NCBI GenBank assembly: GCA_012718915.1
Contig: JAAYBI010000063.1
Span: 1 to 39,798 of the forward strand
From: Clostridiaceae bacterium
GTDB lineage: Bacteria > Bacillota > Clostridia > Saccharofermentanales > Saccharofermentanaceae
Direction: 5' to 3'
DNA length: 39,798 nt
Part shown: piece by piece, positions 10,676-19,984 of the stretch
Layout: the number at the start of each line of letters is the position of its first letter
How positions within the stretch are numbered: the first letter of the stretch is position 1
Made by a program: the position numbers and the translations under genes
Notes under the pieces: generated by a model
Database searches by the model: none
What the model was told of the DNA's origin: nothing
Seen by the model: the letters and a program-made list of their open reading frames with translations, nothing else

Positions 10676-11368
10676 ATGCAGAATACACACGAAGTAGAAC
10701 AAATGACTTGTATCGCAAGAGGACCGAACCACGGTCCGGCTCCAATCCCGGAAGAAGGCAAGTGGGTTCAGGCCCGCGAAATTAAGGACATTTCCGGCTT
10801 TACCCACGGCGTCGGCTGGTGTGCGCCTCAGCAAGGAACATGTAAGTTGTCTTTGAACATCAAAGACGGCGTGATTCAGGAGGCTTTGGTTGAGACCATC
10901 GGTTGTACCGGAATGACTCATTCAGCCGCAATGGCCGGTGAGATTCTCCCGGGCAAAACCATTCTTGAAGCACTGAATACGGACCTTGTTTGCGATGCGA
11001 TCAACACAGCAATGCGCGAACTCTTCCTTCAGATTGTTTACGGCCGTTCCCAGTCCTCATTTTCTGAAGGCGGTCTTCCGATCGGCTCTTCTCTTGAGGA
11101 TCTCGGAAAGGGGCTTCGCTCTACAACAGCGACCATCTTCTCTACCGTTGAGAAAGGCCCTCGCTATCTTGAGTTAACAGAAGGATACATTACGTCATTA
11201 GCTCTGGACAAGGACAATCAGATCATCGGCTATCAATTTTTGAAGCTTGGGCCGATGCTTGAGCAGATCAAAAAAGGTACGGATGCCAACGAAGCCTATC
11301 AGAAGAATCTCGGAACTTACGGTCGTTATGCAGACGCTGTCCGCTATATCGATCCGAGACACGAATAA
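10676..11368 (+). CDS. IscU/NifU-N-like three-cysteine Fe-S scaffold-domain protein with ~100-aa C-terminal extension (function unknown)
   Basis: Core GWCAPQQGTCKLSLNIKDGVIQEALVETIGCTGMTHSAAMAGEILPGKTILEALNTDLVCDAI aligns to IscU GAPACGD...GCGSAIASSS...HC, and the three Cys are conserved. Real start is the ATG at 10676 after AAAGGGGA. The tool used the TTG at 10658. Confidence 0.65.
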   Translation: MQNTHEVEQMTCIARGPNHGPAPIPEEGKWVQAREIKDISGFTHGVGWCAPQQGTCKLSLNIKDGVIQEALVETIGCTGMTHSAAMAGEILPGKTILEALNTDLVCDAINTAMRELFLQIVYGRSQSSFSEGGLPIGSSLEDLGKGLRSTTATIFSTVEKGPRYLELTEGYITSLALDKDNQIIGYQFLKLGPMLEQIKKGTDANEAYQKNLGTYGRYADAVRYIDPRHE

Positions 11369-11386
11369 GTGTGGGAGGAGAATAAT

Positions 11387-12382
11387 ATGCCACTTTTTGA
11401 AAGTTACGACAGAAGAATTGCGCAGATTAATGCCGCGTTGAACGCTCACGGAATTGCATCCATAGAGGAAGCAAAAGCCATCTGCGATGCTAAGGGGATT
11501 GACCCCTACACCATCACCAAGGAAACCCAACCCATTGCTTTTGAGAACGCGTGCTGGGCATACGTCGTCGGCGCTGCAATCGCAATCAAGAAGGGGATTA
11601 AAGTTGCCTCTGAAGCAGCTGAAGCCATTGGTATCGGCCTTCAGGCTTTCTGTATCCCGGGTTCTGTTGCAGACGACCGCAAGGTTGGTATCGGACATGG
11701 CAATCTTGCCGCCATGCTTCTTCGCGAAGAAACCAAATGTTTCGCATTCGTTGCCGGCCATGAGTCTTTTGCAGCAGCAGAAGGCGCAATCAAAATTGCA
11801 CAATCCGCCAACCAGGTTCGTACTGAACCGCTTCGGGTTATCTTGAACGGATTAGGCAAGGATGCCGCATTCATTATCTCAAGAATCAACGGTTTTACTT
11901 ATGTAAAGACTCAGTTTGATTACGCGTCAGGTAAGGTTGCGGTGGTCAGCGAGACCGCTTATTCCGAAGGCGACCGCGCGAAGGTCCGTTGCTACGGCTC
12001 GGACGATGTGCGTGAAGGCGTTGCCATCATGCACCTCGAGGGCGTTGATGTTTCCATCACAGGCAACTCGACAAATCCGACCCGCTTCCAGCACCCCGTT
12101 GCAGGAACATATAAAAAAGAATGCACTGAATTGGGTAAGAAGTACTTCTCTGTTGCTTCCGGCGGCGGTACCGGTCGTACTCTGCACCCGGACAATATGG
12201 CTGCAGGCCCTGCCTCTTACGGCATGACAGATACAATGGGACGCATGCACTCTGATGCCCAGTTCGCAGGTTCCTCCTCCGTTCCGGCGCATGTTGAGAT
12301 GATGGGCTTCCTTGGTATGGGTAACAACCCGATGGTCGGTGCGACCGTTGCGGTTGCAGTTGCAGTAGAGCAAGCCGGCTAA
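11387..12382 (+). CDS. GGGtGRT-motif family protein (Pfam GGGtGRT, unknown function)
   Basis: Contains SGGGTGRTLHPDNMAAGPASYGMTD. About 330 aa, typical of the family. RBS GGGAGGAG 8 nt before ATG MPLFESYD. Translationally coupled to the upstream gene (18-nt gap). Confidence 0.7.
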   Translation: MPLFESYDRRIAQINAALNAHGIASIEEAKAICDAKGIDPYTITKETQPIAFENACWAYVVGAAIAIKKGIKVASEAAEAIGIGLQAFCIPGSVADDRKVGIGHGNLAAMLLREETKCFAFVAGHESFAAAEGAIKIAQSANQVRTEPLRVILNGLGKDAAFIISRINGFTYVKTQFDYASGKVAVVSETAYSEGDRAKVRCYGSDDVREGVAIMHLEGVDVSITGNSTNPTRFQHPVAGTYKKECTELGKKYFSVASGGGTGRTLHPDNMAAGPASYGMTDTMGRMHSDAQFAGSSSVPAHVEMMGFLGMGNNPMVGATVAVAVAVEQAG

Positions 12383-12404
12383 TCTACTCCTTCTTATAAG
12401 ACAA

Positions 12405-12445
12405 ACACCGCTTCGGAGAAACTCGAAGCGGTGTTTTCGTTTTCT
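12405..12445 (+). terminator. rho-independent terminator (11-bp stem ACACCGCTTCG/CGAAGCGGTGT + TTTCGTTTTCT)
   Basis: Perfect inverted repeat followed by a T-run directly after the GGGtGRT stop. Possibly bidirectional with the convergent DUF1836 gene. Confidence 0.8.
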
Positions 12446-12474
12446 GCGAGAATCGCAACAAAAAAATGAAAAGA

Positions 12475-13104
12475 CTACTTGCCAATAGCATCCATTATTT
12501 TTTGTGCCATCATGACACGAACTCGCGCCTCAAGAGAAAGCCTTAGCGCAATATCCGCCATCATACGACGCCGGTCTTTCGCCGGAACGCTACCCTCTTG
12601 AGATGATCTCTTGAGCGGCTCAAGCTCGTTAAGCACTTGAAGACGGGCATCTTTAAAAGCTTCTTCTTGAATTTGAAGATAAAGCTCGTACAACTCCTGC
12701 TCCGTGCTACCTTGAAGTGCCGCATCCGTCAAAGTCCCCAAATCCGAAATAGATACCACAGGTTTCAGCGCGCATACCAATGAAATCAGAGCCAGATGGT
12801 CCGGCGTATACTTTTTGTCAATCGGACGCGGAAGCACGCCATCCTTCGTGTAATTATTTATCATTGCCTTGGTCAGAATCTTGTCATCTTCAGATCGTTT
12901 ATAAAAATTCAATTGCCGATCCATAAGTGTTAAGACCTGATCCATGTATAGACCGATGTCCGGAAGTTTCTCCCAATCCAACAATGCGGTATGATCCAGC
13001 TCTCTGAGCCAATTTTCAATATCGCTGACGCGTTCATCCGACACAAGAATATTCTTCCTGGGCGACTGAATATTTTGAATCACAGGTGTATCATTCTTTG
13101 GCAT
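12475..13104 (-). CDS. DUF1836 family protein (MerR-like HTH-related, unknown function)
   Basis: Motif ILTKAMINNYTKDGVLPRPIDKKYTPDHLALISLVCALKPVVSISDL is typical of DUF1836. GGAGG RBS. Confidence 0.5.
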   Translation of the reverse strand: MPKNDTPVIQNIQSPRKNILVSDERVSDIENWLRELDHTALLDWEKLPDIGLYMDQVLTLMDRQLNFYKRSEDDKILTKAMINNYTKDGVLPRPIDKKYTPDHLALISLVCALKPVVSISDLGTLTDAALQGSTEQELYELYLQIQEEAFKDARLQVLNELEPLKRSSQEGSVPAKDRRRMMADIALRLSLEARVRVMMAQKIMDAIGK

Positions 13105-13211
13105 ATAGACCTCCTGCTCTCTAATAGAACATTTCTATTATAGCGAATGACCATAACTAATATCTACCTGACTAAAAGGAATATCTTGATCTACCTAAGT
13201 GTCCTCAAAAT

Positions 13212-13427
13212 TTATTTGTCTTTTTCATCATTTTTCTCAATTGACTTACAGGATTTTTCGAGAGCACTTCGCTTGAGTACCATGCGACGACCGCATGTTT
13301 GACAGCGCAGTGTAACATCGCCTGCAACACGAACGAGCGACCAAGTGGTTCCGCCGCAAGGATGTGGCTTGCGAAGTGTAACAATATCTCCGGCCTCAAA
13401 GGGATATAGAAAAAACGACGCATTCAT
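13212..13427 (-). CDS. DUF951 family small protein (YyzM-like)
   Basis: GDIVTLRKPHPCGGTTWSLVRVAGDVTLRCQTCGRRMVLKRS matches the DUF951 pattern. Probable start MNASFF at 13427. The listed ORF extends further upstream and overlaps prmC. Confidence 0.55.
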   Translation of the reverse strand: MNASFFLYPFEAGDIVTLRKPHPCGGTTWSLVRVAGDVTLRCQTCGRRMVLKRSALEKSCKSIEKNDEKDK

Positions 13428-13449
13428 TTCAACATTCCCCCGCAATAAA

Positions 13450-14409
13450 CTATGAACGAGTTTCTTGATAACGACCCAGTGTGACGCGGTCATTTCCACC
13501 GAAATCTTTTAGACAAGTCACGTTCAAAAATCCTGCGTTTGTCATCAATTCCGAGATGGATTCTCTCTGGTCGAAGCCATGTTCAAAGGCAAGTATACCA
13601 TTATTCGAAAGATACTTAGGCACCTGCTCGAGTATTCTCCGATATAGCTGAAGTCCGTCTCTTCCTCCTTTGAGAGCAAGCTCAGGTTCATGAATTCGAA
13701 CTTCCGGCATAGCACCTTCGAATGCCGCATCTGAAATATAGGGCGGATTAGATACGATGAAGTTTGCCTTGCCGTATGTTTTGAGGAAATACTCTTCTTC
13801 AGGAAACAAGTCACACATTTCAAGCACGATTTGGTCTGGCTCTGAGGCTTCTTTTATGTTCCGTTTCGCATAGCTTGCAGCCTCTTCAGATATCTCAGTC
13901 AACACCATTTTATAAGATAGTATATACCGACTGAGAATATTGGCAATCGATATCCCGATACAACCGCTTCCGGTGCATAGATCCATGACAACGAGATGAT
14001 CGATTTTTGAGTCGACTTTAAGTGAAGTCAGATCTTCGTATCTTCCGGCGAGAAAACTATCGTCTATTCCCAACGAATAAAGCGAGGCTCCTACGAGTAT
14101 TTCACTGTCGGGTCGCGGAACGAGCACTCCCGGACCGACAAAAAAACGATCCCGATAAAAAAATACCTCACCCAAAAGATATGCTAAAGGCTCACGCCTT
14201 ATTCGACCGGACAAAATCTTTTCAAAGCGAAGCAAGACATCCTCCGATAAAGCCTCGGATACTTCGATTTCTTTGTCAAAATAAATATTGGATCGAGCTT
14301 TTTCATTTAGGACAGACAAAATATAAATCAACTCATCTTCGGGATAATCAATGCCCGCAGACTCGAGCCGCTTCACTTGCTCCGTTTTCCAATCGAACCA
14401 CTTCACCAC
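13450..14409 (-). CDS. prmC: release factor glutamine N5-methyltransferase PrmC/HemK
   Basis: SAM-binding DLCTGSGCIG and catalytic NPPY (FIVSNPPYI). Confidence 0.9.
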   Translation of the reverse strand: MVKWFDWKTEQVKRLESAGIDYPEDELIYILSVLNEKARSNIYFDKEIEVSEALSEDVLLRFEKILSGRIRREPLAYLLGEVFFYRDRFFVGPGVLVPRPDSEILVGASLYSLGIDDSFLAGRYEDLTSLKVDSKIDHLVVMDLCTGSGCIGISIANILSRYILSYKMVLTEISEEAASYAKRNIKEASEPDQIVLEMCDLFPEEEYFLKTYGKANFIVSNPPYISDAAFEGAMPEVRIHEPELALKGGRDGLQLYRRILEQVPKYLSNNGILAFEHGFDQRESISELMTNAGFLNVTCLKDFGGNDRVTLGRYQETRS

Positions 14410-15626
14410 CGGTCTTCCTCTGCATTCTCAGGCAAGACCGCCTGCATAGCAGCAATGGCGACCTCGAGCATCCGATCATCAGGCTCTCGAGTCGTAAACC
14501 TCTGTAACCACAAACCGGGCTTTGAAATCATTCGACCCACCAGTGAATCTTCATGTCGTCCGGCCAAACGCAATACTTCATAAGAAATACCGCCGACCAG
14601 AGGCACCAAAGCTAGGCGAACCAGAAGATTAATCCACCAGATGTTAACCCCTAACCACTTGATTAGGAATACACTGGCAACGCTAAAAACAAGAATCGAA
14701 ATAACGACAACAATAAACATAAATGCGGTACCACAACGGGGATGTGCTTTAGTGTGTTTTCGAATATTCTCCACAGTGAGAGGTTCCCCGGCTTCGTAGC
14801 AAGCAATTGTCTTGTGTTCTGCACCATGATACATCCATACTCTGGCAATATCCTTGATCTTCGAAGTAAGTATCAAATATGTCAAAAATATAACGATTCG
14901 CAAAATGCCCTCGATAACATTCATTCCGACGGCAATACCAATATTATCAGCACGATCCGGATTGAATATGCCCTCAATGATATCGACGATGAGGCGAGGC
15001 AACAAGATGAACAAGAGGACGCTGAACAAAATGCCAAGGATCGCTGAAATAACAATCATCACATTGACATGACGATCCAAAAACTGGTCCAGTCGGCTTT
15101 TAGGCTTCTTCTCCGGCTTTATGCTATCGCTCGAAATCGGCGTCTGAGCCGCCAGTCGAGCCGCATCCGCTTGGTCAGTATCTACAATTTGGTCCGGCTG
15201 ATCCGGAAAAATATCAGAGACTTCCGGAGCAGCGCCCATCTCTTTCATTTCGGATAACTCCGGAGCGACATGTTCCACGTCGACAGCCTCCGGTTCCTCT
15301 TTGTCCGCATCAATATCCGATATCTCAGCAGATTTCATCAGCGCGCCGGTCCCGGTCACAATCTGCCTGAAAAACCGAATGCTTCCACGAATAAATGGGA
15401 CCTTATCGAAAAATATAATCTTACGGTCTTGCTTGACCTCTTCGACATAAATCGAACCATCCGGTTTACGTATTGCCATAGCAATTTTCGTCGGACCGAA
15501 CATCATTAAGCCTTCAATTAGTGCCTGCCCTCCGATTGTTGTCTTCTTGCTCGACGGACAGAACGAGGATGTATTACGCGACACATCCTTCTCTATATTA
15601 TTTGGCTTTGCCACATCTTTATCCAT
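14403..15626 (-). CDS. DUF1385 family membrane protein (YqhQ-like) with an ~80-aa acidic low-complexity insertion
   Basis: GGQALIEGLMMFG and HGAEHK motifs. Three or four TM helices. Insertion DIDADKEEPEAVDVEH...KPEKKPK between the soluble N-domain and the TM region. Overlaps the prmC start by 7 nt. Confidence 0.6.
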   Translation of the reverse strand: MDKDVAKPNNIEKDVSRNTSSFCPSSKKTTIGGQALIEGLMMFGPTKIAMAIRKPDGSIYVEEVKQDRKIIFFDKVPFIRGSIRFFRQIVTGTGALMKSAEISDIDADKEEPEAVDVEHVAPELSEMKEMGAAPEVSDIFPDQPDQIVDTDQADAARLAAQTPISSDSIKPEKKPKSRLDQFLDRHVNVMIVISAILGILFSVLLFILLPRLIVDIIEGIFNPDRADNIGIAVGMNVIEGILRIVIFLTYLILTSKIKDIARVWMYHGAEHKTIACYEAGEPLTVENIRKHTKAHPRCGTAFMFIVVVISILVFSVASVFLIKWLGVNIWWINLLVRLALVPLVGGISYEVLRLAGRHEDSLVGRMISKPGLWLQRFTTREPDDRMLEVAIAAMQAVLPENAEEDRW

Positions 15627-15747
15627 TAATTGTCTCCTTTATTGGGAACGCTATCCCATATTTTAACAGAATATCAGGTAAATAGGAAAACCCAAAATAA
15701 TTGCCAACTGACCGACGGTCGGAATGAACCGTATGCTTCGGACCGAT

Positions 15748-16956
15748 TCATTTAATCGAAGTCACTATTTCCGGAAATGGCGCTATCGCGCGATCTAATA
15801 TGCCATTTGCATATGCAATAAATACACCGTAATTGGTAATCGGGATTTGACGTTGAGTCGAAAGCGTCGTTCGATAATGCATTTCTTTTTCGTTGAGCAT
15901 ACAGCCACCACAATGAATAATCATGTCGTAAATATCAATTCGTTTGGGGAAGGTCGATCCTGATGCCCACTCGAGTTGAATACCCTCACTCGCAACCATT
16001 TTTATCCACTTCGGAATCTTTACAGTTGCGATATCATCCATTTGCTTATGATGTGTACATGCTTCCACAATCAATACACGGCTCCCTTGCTTCAGGTTTT
16101 TTATTTGTCGAACGCCTGATACCATTTCTTTTAAATTCGACTTCTGCCTGGCAAATAGTATCGAAAATGAGGTTAACGGAACCTCGGCAGAAATTCGTTG
16201 CTCGACATACCCAAAAGCTTGGGAATCTGTAATGACAATATTCGGAGGATTCTTAAGCTTAGAAATGACGCGTTCGAGCTCGGTTTCACGAGTCACGACG
16301 GGAATCGCTCCAATGTCCAGAATATCTCTGATGGTTTGTTGCTGAGGCAAAATCAGCCTGCCTTTAGGAGCAGCCGAATCTATTGGTGTAACTAAGACCG
16401 CCGTATCGTATGGTCTTAAAACCCCACTTATCAGCGACGGTGATTCGGCTTGACGACCGGACGACTCGATAATTCGTTGTTTTAGTTTTGATATGCCTTC
16501 GATATTTTTCGCGCTAACAAACACAGGGGAAAAAAGCATGGTAATATCATCGACCTGGAAGCCGGTATCCGATTTATTCACGACAACAGAAAAGGGGACT
16601 TTCCGTTCCCGAATTTCGTCAATTAGCGACTGTTCTAAGGTCGTAATGCCTTTCTCATCTGTTACCACTAAAACATAATCCGTCCGCCTTAGTACTTCTC
16701 TAGATTTTTCTACTCGCATTGTTCCAAGTTCGCCGTCATCGTCGAGTCCGGCGGTATCAACAAAGACTACCGGTCCGATCGGCAACATCTCCATCGCCTT
16801 GGAAACAGGATCTGTCGTCGTGCCCGCCACATCTGATACAACGGACGCGCTCTGCCCCGTAAGCGCATTTACAAGTGAAGACTTTCCGACATTTCTTCTT
16901 CCGAATATGCCGATGACAAACCTCTTGGAAATCGGGGTTGCATTTATATCTTGCAT
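15748..16956 (-). CDS. hydF: [FeFe]-hydrogenase maturation GTPase HydF
   Basis: G1 GRRNVGKSS, G4 NKSD. C-terminal Fe-S ligands CTHH...HCGGC. Confidence 0.85.
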   Translation of the reverse strand: MQDINATPISKRFVIGIFGRRNVGKSSLVNALTGQSASVVSDVAGTTTDPVSKAMEMLPIGPVVFVDTAGLDDDGELGTMRVEKSREVLRRTDYVLVVTDEKGITTLEQSLIDEIRERKVPFSVVVNKSDTGFQVDDITMLFSPVFVSAKNIEGISKLKQRIIESSGRQAESPSLISGVLRPYDTAVLVTPIDSAAPKGRLILPQQQTIRDILDIGAIPVVTRETELERVISKLKNPPNIVITDSQAFGYVEQRISAEVPLTSFSILFARQKSNLKEMVSGVRQIKNLKQGSRVLIVEACTHHKQMDDIATVKIPKWIKMVASEGIQLEWASGSTFPKRIDIYDMIIHCGGCMLNEKEMHYRTTLSTQRQIPITNYGVFIAYANGILDRAIAPFPEIVTSIK

Positions 16957-16992
16957 ATCTAACCTTTCTTCACGCAGTAGTAGACTATGTTT

Positions 16993-18081
16993 TCAATCTG
17001 ATTTTCGCTCTCGAAAATCGAAATGATCCCCGCGAGACATTTCCGCACTTAACCCTAGATCGTGAATCTGATTTATCAGAAACCTGACGTTCTCCGCTGC
17101 TTCCGTCGACGATGACAGTTTTCCGTCATATATGGCATAGGCGTCTCGATATTTCTGCGGAGTCAGGCACGGCATCACAACATTTGCACCCGCGCGAAAT
17201 GCATCTGCTCGATGCTGAATGTCACATGAGGCCAGTGCTGTCGTGGCCGGGAGCATCACATTGGGAAGCATTATTCGGCACAACGCCGTCAAAACCAAAG
17301 TATGATCGACTGAACCATAAGGAAATTTCGCGAACCTCGTATTGATATGGGGACGAAACGGACCTAATCCAATCATGTGCGGAGAGAGCTCCCTTAAGAA
17401 CAGAAAGTCTTCCGTCAATGTATCAACACTTTGATAAGGAGATCCGACCATCAATCCGGCACCAACCTGATATCCAATCCGTTTCATCGTCTCAAGGCTC
17501 TTCCGGCGTATTGAGAAGTGCTGATTGGCATCGTGTAGTTTTGAAAAATGTTCTTCATCAGCGGTCTCATGCCTTAAAAGAAATCGGTCCGCCCCGGCTT
17601 GATAAAGTTGTAAATACTGTTCCGAATTCAGAACACCAACACTTAGAGTCAATGCGATATCCGAAAATAAACTTTTGATACTGAACACGAGCTCGGAAAG
17701 ACGGCCGGCCAAATAGTACGGATCTTCTCCGCTTTGCAAGACAAAGCTTCGAAATCCCATAGCATACCCGTTACGGATAACTTGAACGATCTCTTGTTCT
17801 GTCATCCGATAACGAACCGCCTTCCTGTTCCGCACTGAAAGACCACAATAGAAGCAGTCGTTTCGACAAAAACTACTAAACTCAATCAAACCGCGCAGAA
17901 AAACTCTGGGACCGTCATTTGAGTCGCGCACTCGCCTCGCCATAGAATAAAGATCTTCTTTATCCTCATTTGTCGACATATTCAGGTAGAAATCAATCAG
18001 ATCTTTCATCTCACTTCTATCTGCACCTAACAACAAGGCCTCATTCGGAACATCTTTATTTTTCATAAGGTTTACCCTCAA
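16993..18081 (-). CDS. hydE: [FeFe]-hydrogenase maturation radical-SAM protein HydE
   Basis: CRNDCFYCGL radical SAM motif. BioB-like. About 350 aa. Confidence 0.8.
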   Translation of the reverse strand: MRVNLMKNKDVPNEALLLGADRSEMKDLIDFYLNMSTNEDKEDLYSMARRVRDSNDGPRVFLRGLIEFSSFCRNDCFYCGLSVRNRKAVRYRMTEQEIVQVIRNGYAMGFRSFVLQSGEDPYYLAGRLSELVFSIKSLFSDIALTLSVGVLNSEQYLQLYQAGADRFLLRHETADEEHFSKLHDANQHFSIRRKSLETMKRIGYQVGAGLMVGSPYQSVDTLTEDFLFLRELSPHMIGLGPFRPHINTRFAKFPYGSVDHTLVLTALCRIMLPNVMLPATTALASCDIQHRADAFRAGANVVMPCLTPQKYRDAYAIYDGKLSSSTEAAENVRFLINQIHDLGLSAEMSRGDHFDFRERKSD

Positions 18082-18083
18082 AA

Positions 18084-19535
18084 TCAGAATCGAAGATCGC
18101 GCTCTCCCTTTTCAATTCGACGGATCATCGCCTGAGTCTTCTCAAAGGCATCTCCTTTCAGATTATTTAGATGCTCTGCAAGAACACGTTCGCCCTCCAA
18201 TCGGGTCTCATCTGTCGCATAATCAAGAAGATACTCCTTGAAAGTCAAAACTGCATTTGGAATACAGTAATTGTGTACGAATTTCGATTTTGCGACCTTC
18301 ATGAAATGCTCTCCGGTCCGGCCTGCGCGATAACAAGCCGTGCAAAATGACGGAATATTTCCCATTTCACAAATCTGACCTACAACATCATCGAGAGAAC
18401 GTGAATCTCCGATAGTGAATTGCTCTTTGTCCGGCAACATATTTGCATGTTTTGCGTGTGAGTAAGCACCCACACCAATTCTCGTCCCTGCATCTATCTG
18501 CGAGACACCCAGAGGAATAACTGACTCTCTGACCTGAGCCGATTCTCGTGCAGTGCAAATCAACCCGGTATAAGGCACCGACAGACGCAGAATCGCAATT
18601 ATGCGTTTGAAATCATCATCGTTGACAGCATAATCCGGATTGAGAGAAAATGGAGTATCCGTCGCCGGAGTAATCCTCGGAAAAGAAATGGTATGCGGAC
18701 CAACACCGTTAAAATGCTTTTCGAGGTGCATCGTATGCATCAATAGAGCCATCAATTCAAACCGCCAATCATATAAACCAAAAAGCACGCCCAGTCCACA
18801 GTCATCAAGACCCGCCTTGAGCGCACGATCCATGGCATACAGTCTCCAACGATAGTGCCCTTTAATTGTTCCTTGTGGATGAACGCTTTCGTAAGTCTTT
18901 CTGTGGTATGTCTCTTGGAAGACCTGGAAGGTTCCGATGCCGACTTCCTTCAGTTTTTTTAGTTCGTCGATCGCCAACGGAGCACAATTAATATTCGCTC
19001 GTCGAATTTCACCGTTTTCCGTCTTGACTTCATAAACTTTCCGAACTGATTCACACATGAAATCCACGTTAGTCTTCGGAGATTCCCCATAGACCAGTAC
19101 CGTTCGTTTTTGCCCCTCATCAATCATTATTTGAACTTCTTCTTCAATTTCCTGCATATTCAATGTCTTACGATGAATTGCGACATTACTGCTCCGAAAA
19201 CCGCAATACTTACAATTATTCGCACACTCATCGCTGATATAGAGCGGCGCAAAAAATACAATTCGATCACCATATACTTCCTTCTTGAGTTCGAATGCCA
19301 CTCCAAACATCTCTTGAATGGTGTCCGGATCGTTATTACCGATTAGAATTGCCATTTCATCCAAATCTAATCTTATGCAATTTCGTGATTTCTCCAGGAC
19401 TCGGCGCACCTCATCACGTCCGGGATTTTTATTAGCATCTAGTAGTGAATGGATTAACTCCTCATCAATAAAATCTTTCTCCATGGCATCCAATACATCG
19501 AACTCATCTTGATATTTGTTTAAATAACGCATCAC
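18084..19535 (-). CDS. hydG: [FeFe]-hydrogenase maturation radical-SAM protein HydG
   Basis: CANNCKYCGF radical SAM motif. ThiH-like with C-terminal CTACYR...C cluster motif. 483 aa. Confidence 0.85.
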   Translation of the reverse strand: MMRYLNKYQDEFDVLDAMEKDFIDEELIHSLLDANKNPGRDEVRRVLEKSRNCIRLDLDEMAILIGNNDPDTIQEMFGVAFELKKEVYGDRIVFFAPLYISDECANNCKYCGFRSSNVAIHRKTLNMQEIEEEVQIMIDEGQKRTVLVYGESPKTNVDFMCESVRKVYEVKTENGEIRRANINCAPLAIDELKKLKEVGIGTFQVFQETYHRKTYESVHPQGTIKGHYRWRLYAMDRALKAGLDDCGLGVLFGLYDWRFELMALLMHTMHLEKHFNGVGPHTISFPRITPATDTPFSLNPDYAVNDDDFKRIIAILRLSVPYTGLICTARESAQVRESVIPLGVSQIDAGTRIGVGAYSHAKHANMLPDKEQFTIGDSRSLDDVVGQICEMGNIPSFCTACYRAGRTGEHFMKVAKSKFVHNYCIPNAVLTFKEYLLDYATDETRLEGERVLAEHLNNLKGDAFEKTQAMIRRIEKGERDLRF

Positions 19536-19552
19536 AAATCGTCCTCCAAAAT

Positions 19553-19807
19553 CTATTTATCAACCGACTTAGTAATCATTGACTTGACAGAAATTCCCTT
19601 AACTCTACCAAGCGCACCGGTCATCGCGCTGATTTGATCATTCGTCCCATCAACAATTAACGAAATAACAGCAACATTTTTTTCGCGAAAAGGAAGACCC
19701 ATCCTCCCAACAATTCGGTCCGAAAATCGATGCAATACATCATTAACCTTCTCAACACTGTCTTTCTCCTCAATGACTATTCCAACAATAGCAATTCGAT
19801 TGTCCAT
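19553..19807 (-). CDS. small TM1266-like putative iron-only hydrogenase system regulator (ACT/NikR-C-like)
   Basis: About 85-aa protein immediately upstream of hydG in the same orientation. Real start is the ATG at 19807 (MDNRIAIVGIV) behind a GGAGGG RBS. Confidence 0.55.
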   Translation of the reverse strand: MDNRIAIVGIVIEEKDSVEKVNDVLHRFSDRIVGRMGLPFREKNVAVISLIVDGTNDQISAMTGALGRVKGISVKSMITKSVDK

Positions 19808-19984
19808 AATACCCTCCAACAAAAAATCCCCGCCCGCAAAAGCAGACGAGGATCAAAACGCACAAGCAAGGAACCGAAAATCGGTTCATAGACTTCCCGC
19901 TCAGAAAACTGCTTCACGGTTAGAAAAAATAGTACATACGATTGCACTCCGAGAGAAGAACTCAGGCAACACAAGCGCAAAAAG

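Noticed and set aside
11198-11803. 201-aa Cys-rich ORF on the minus strand
   Set aside because: It is entirely antisense to the well-supported NifU-like and GGGtGRT genes. There is no RBS and no recognisable domain.
13205-13423. 72-aa ORF overlapping the DUF951 gene in another frame
   Set aside because: The DUF951 frame has a recognisable conserved motif. The alternative frame has none.
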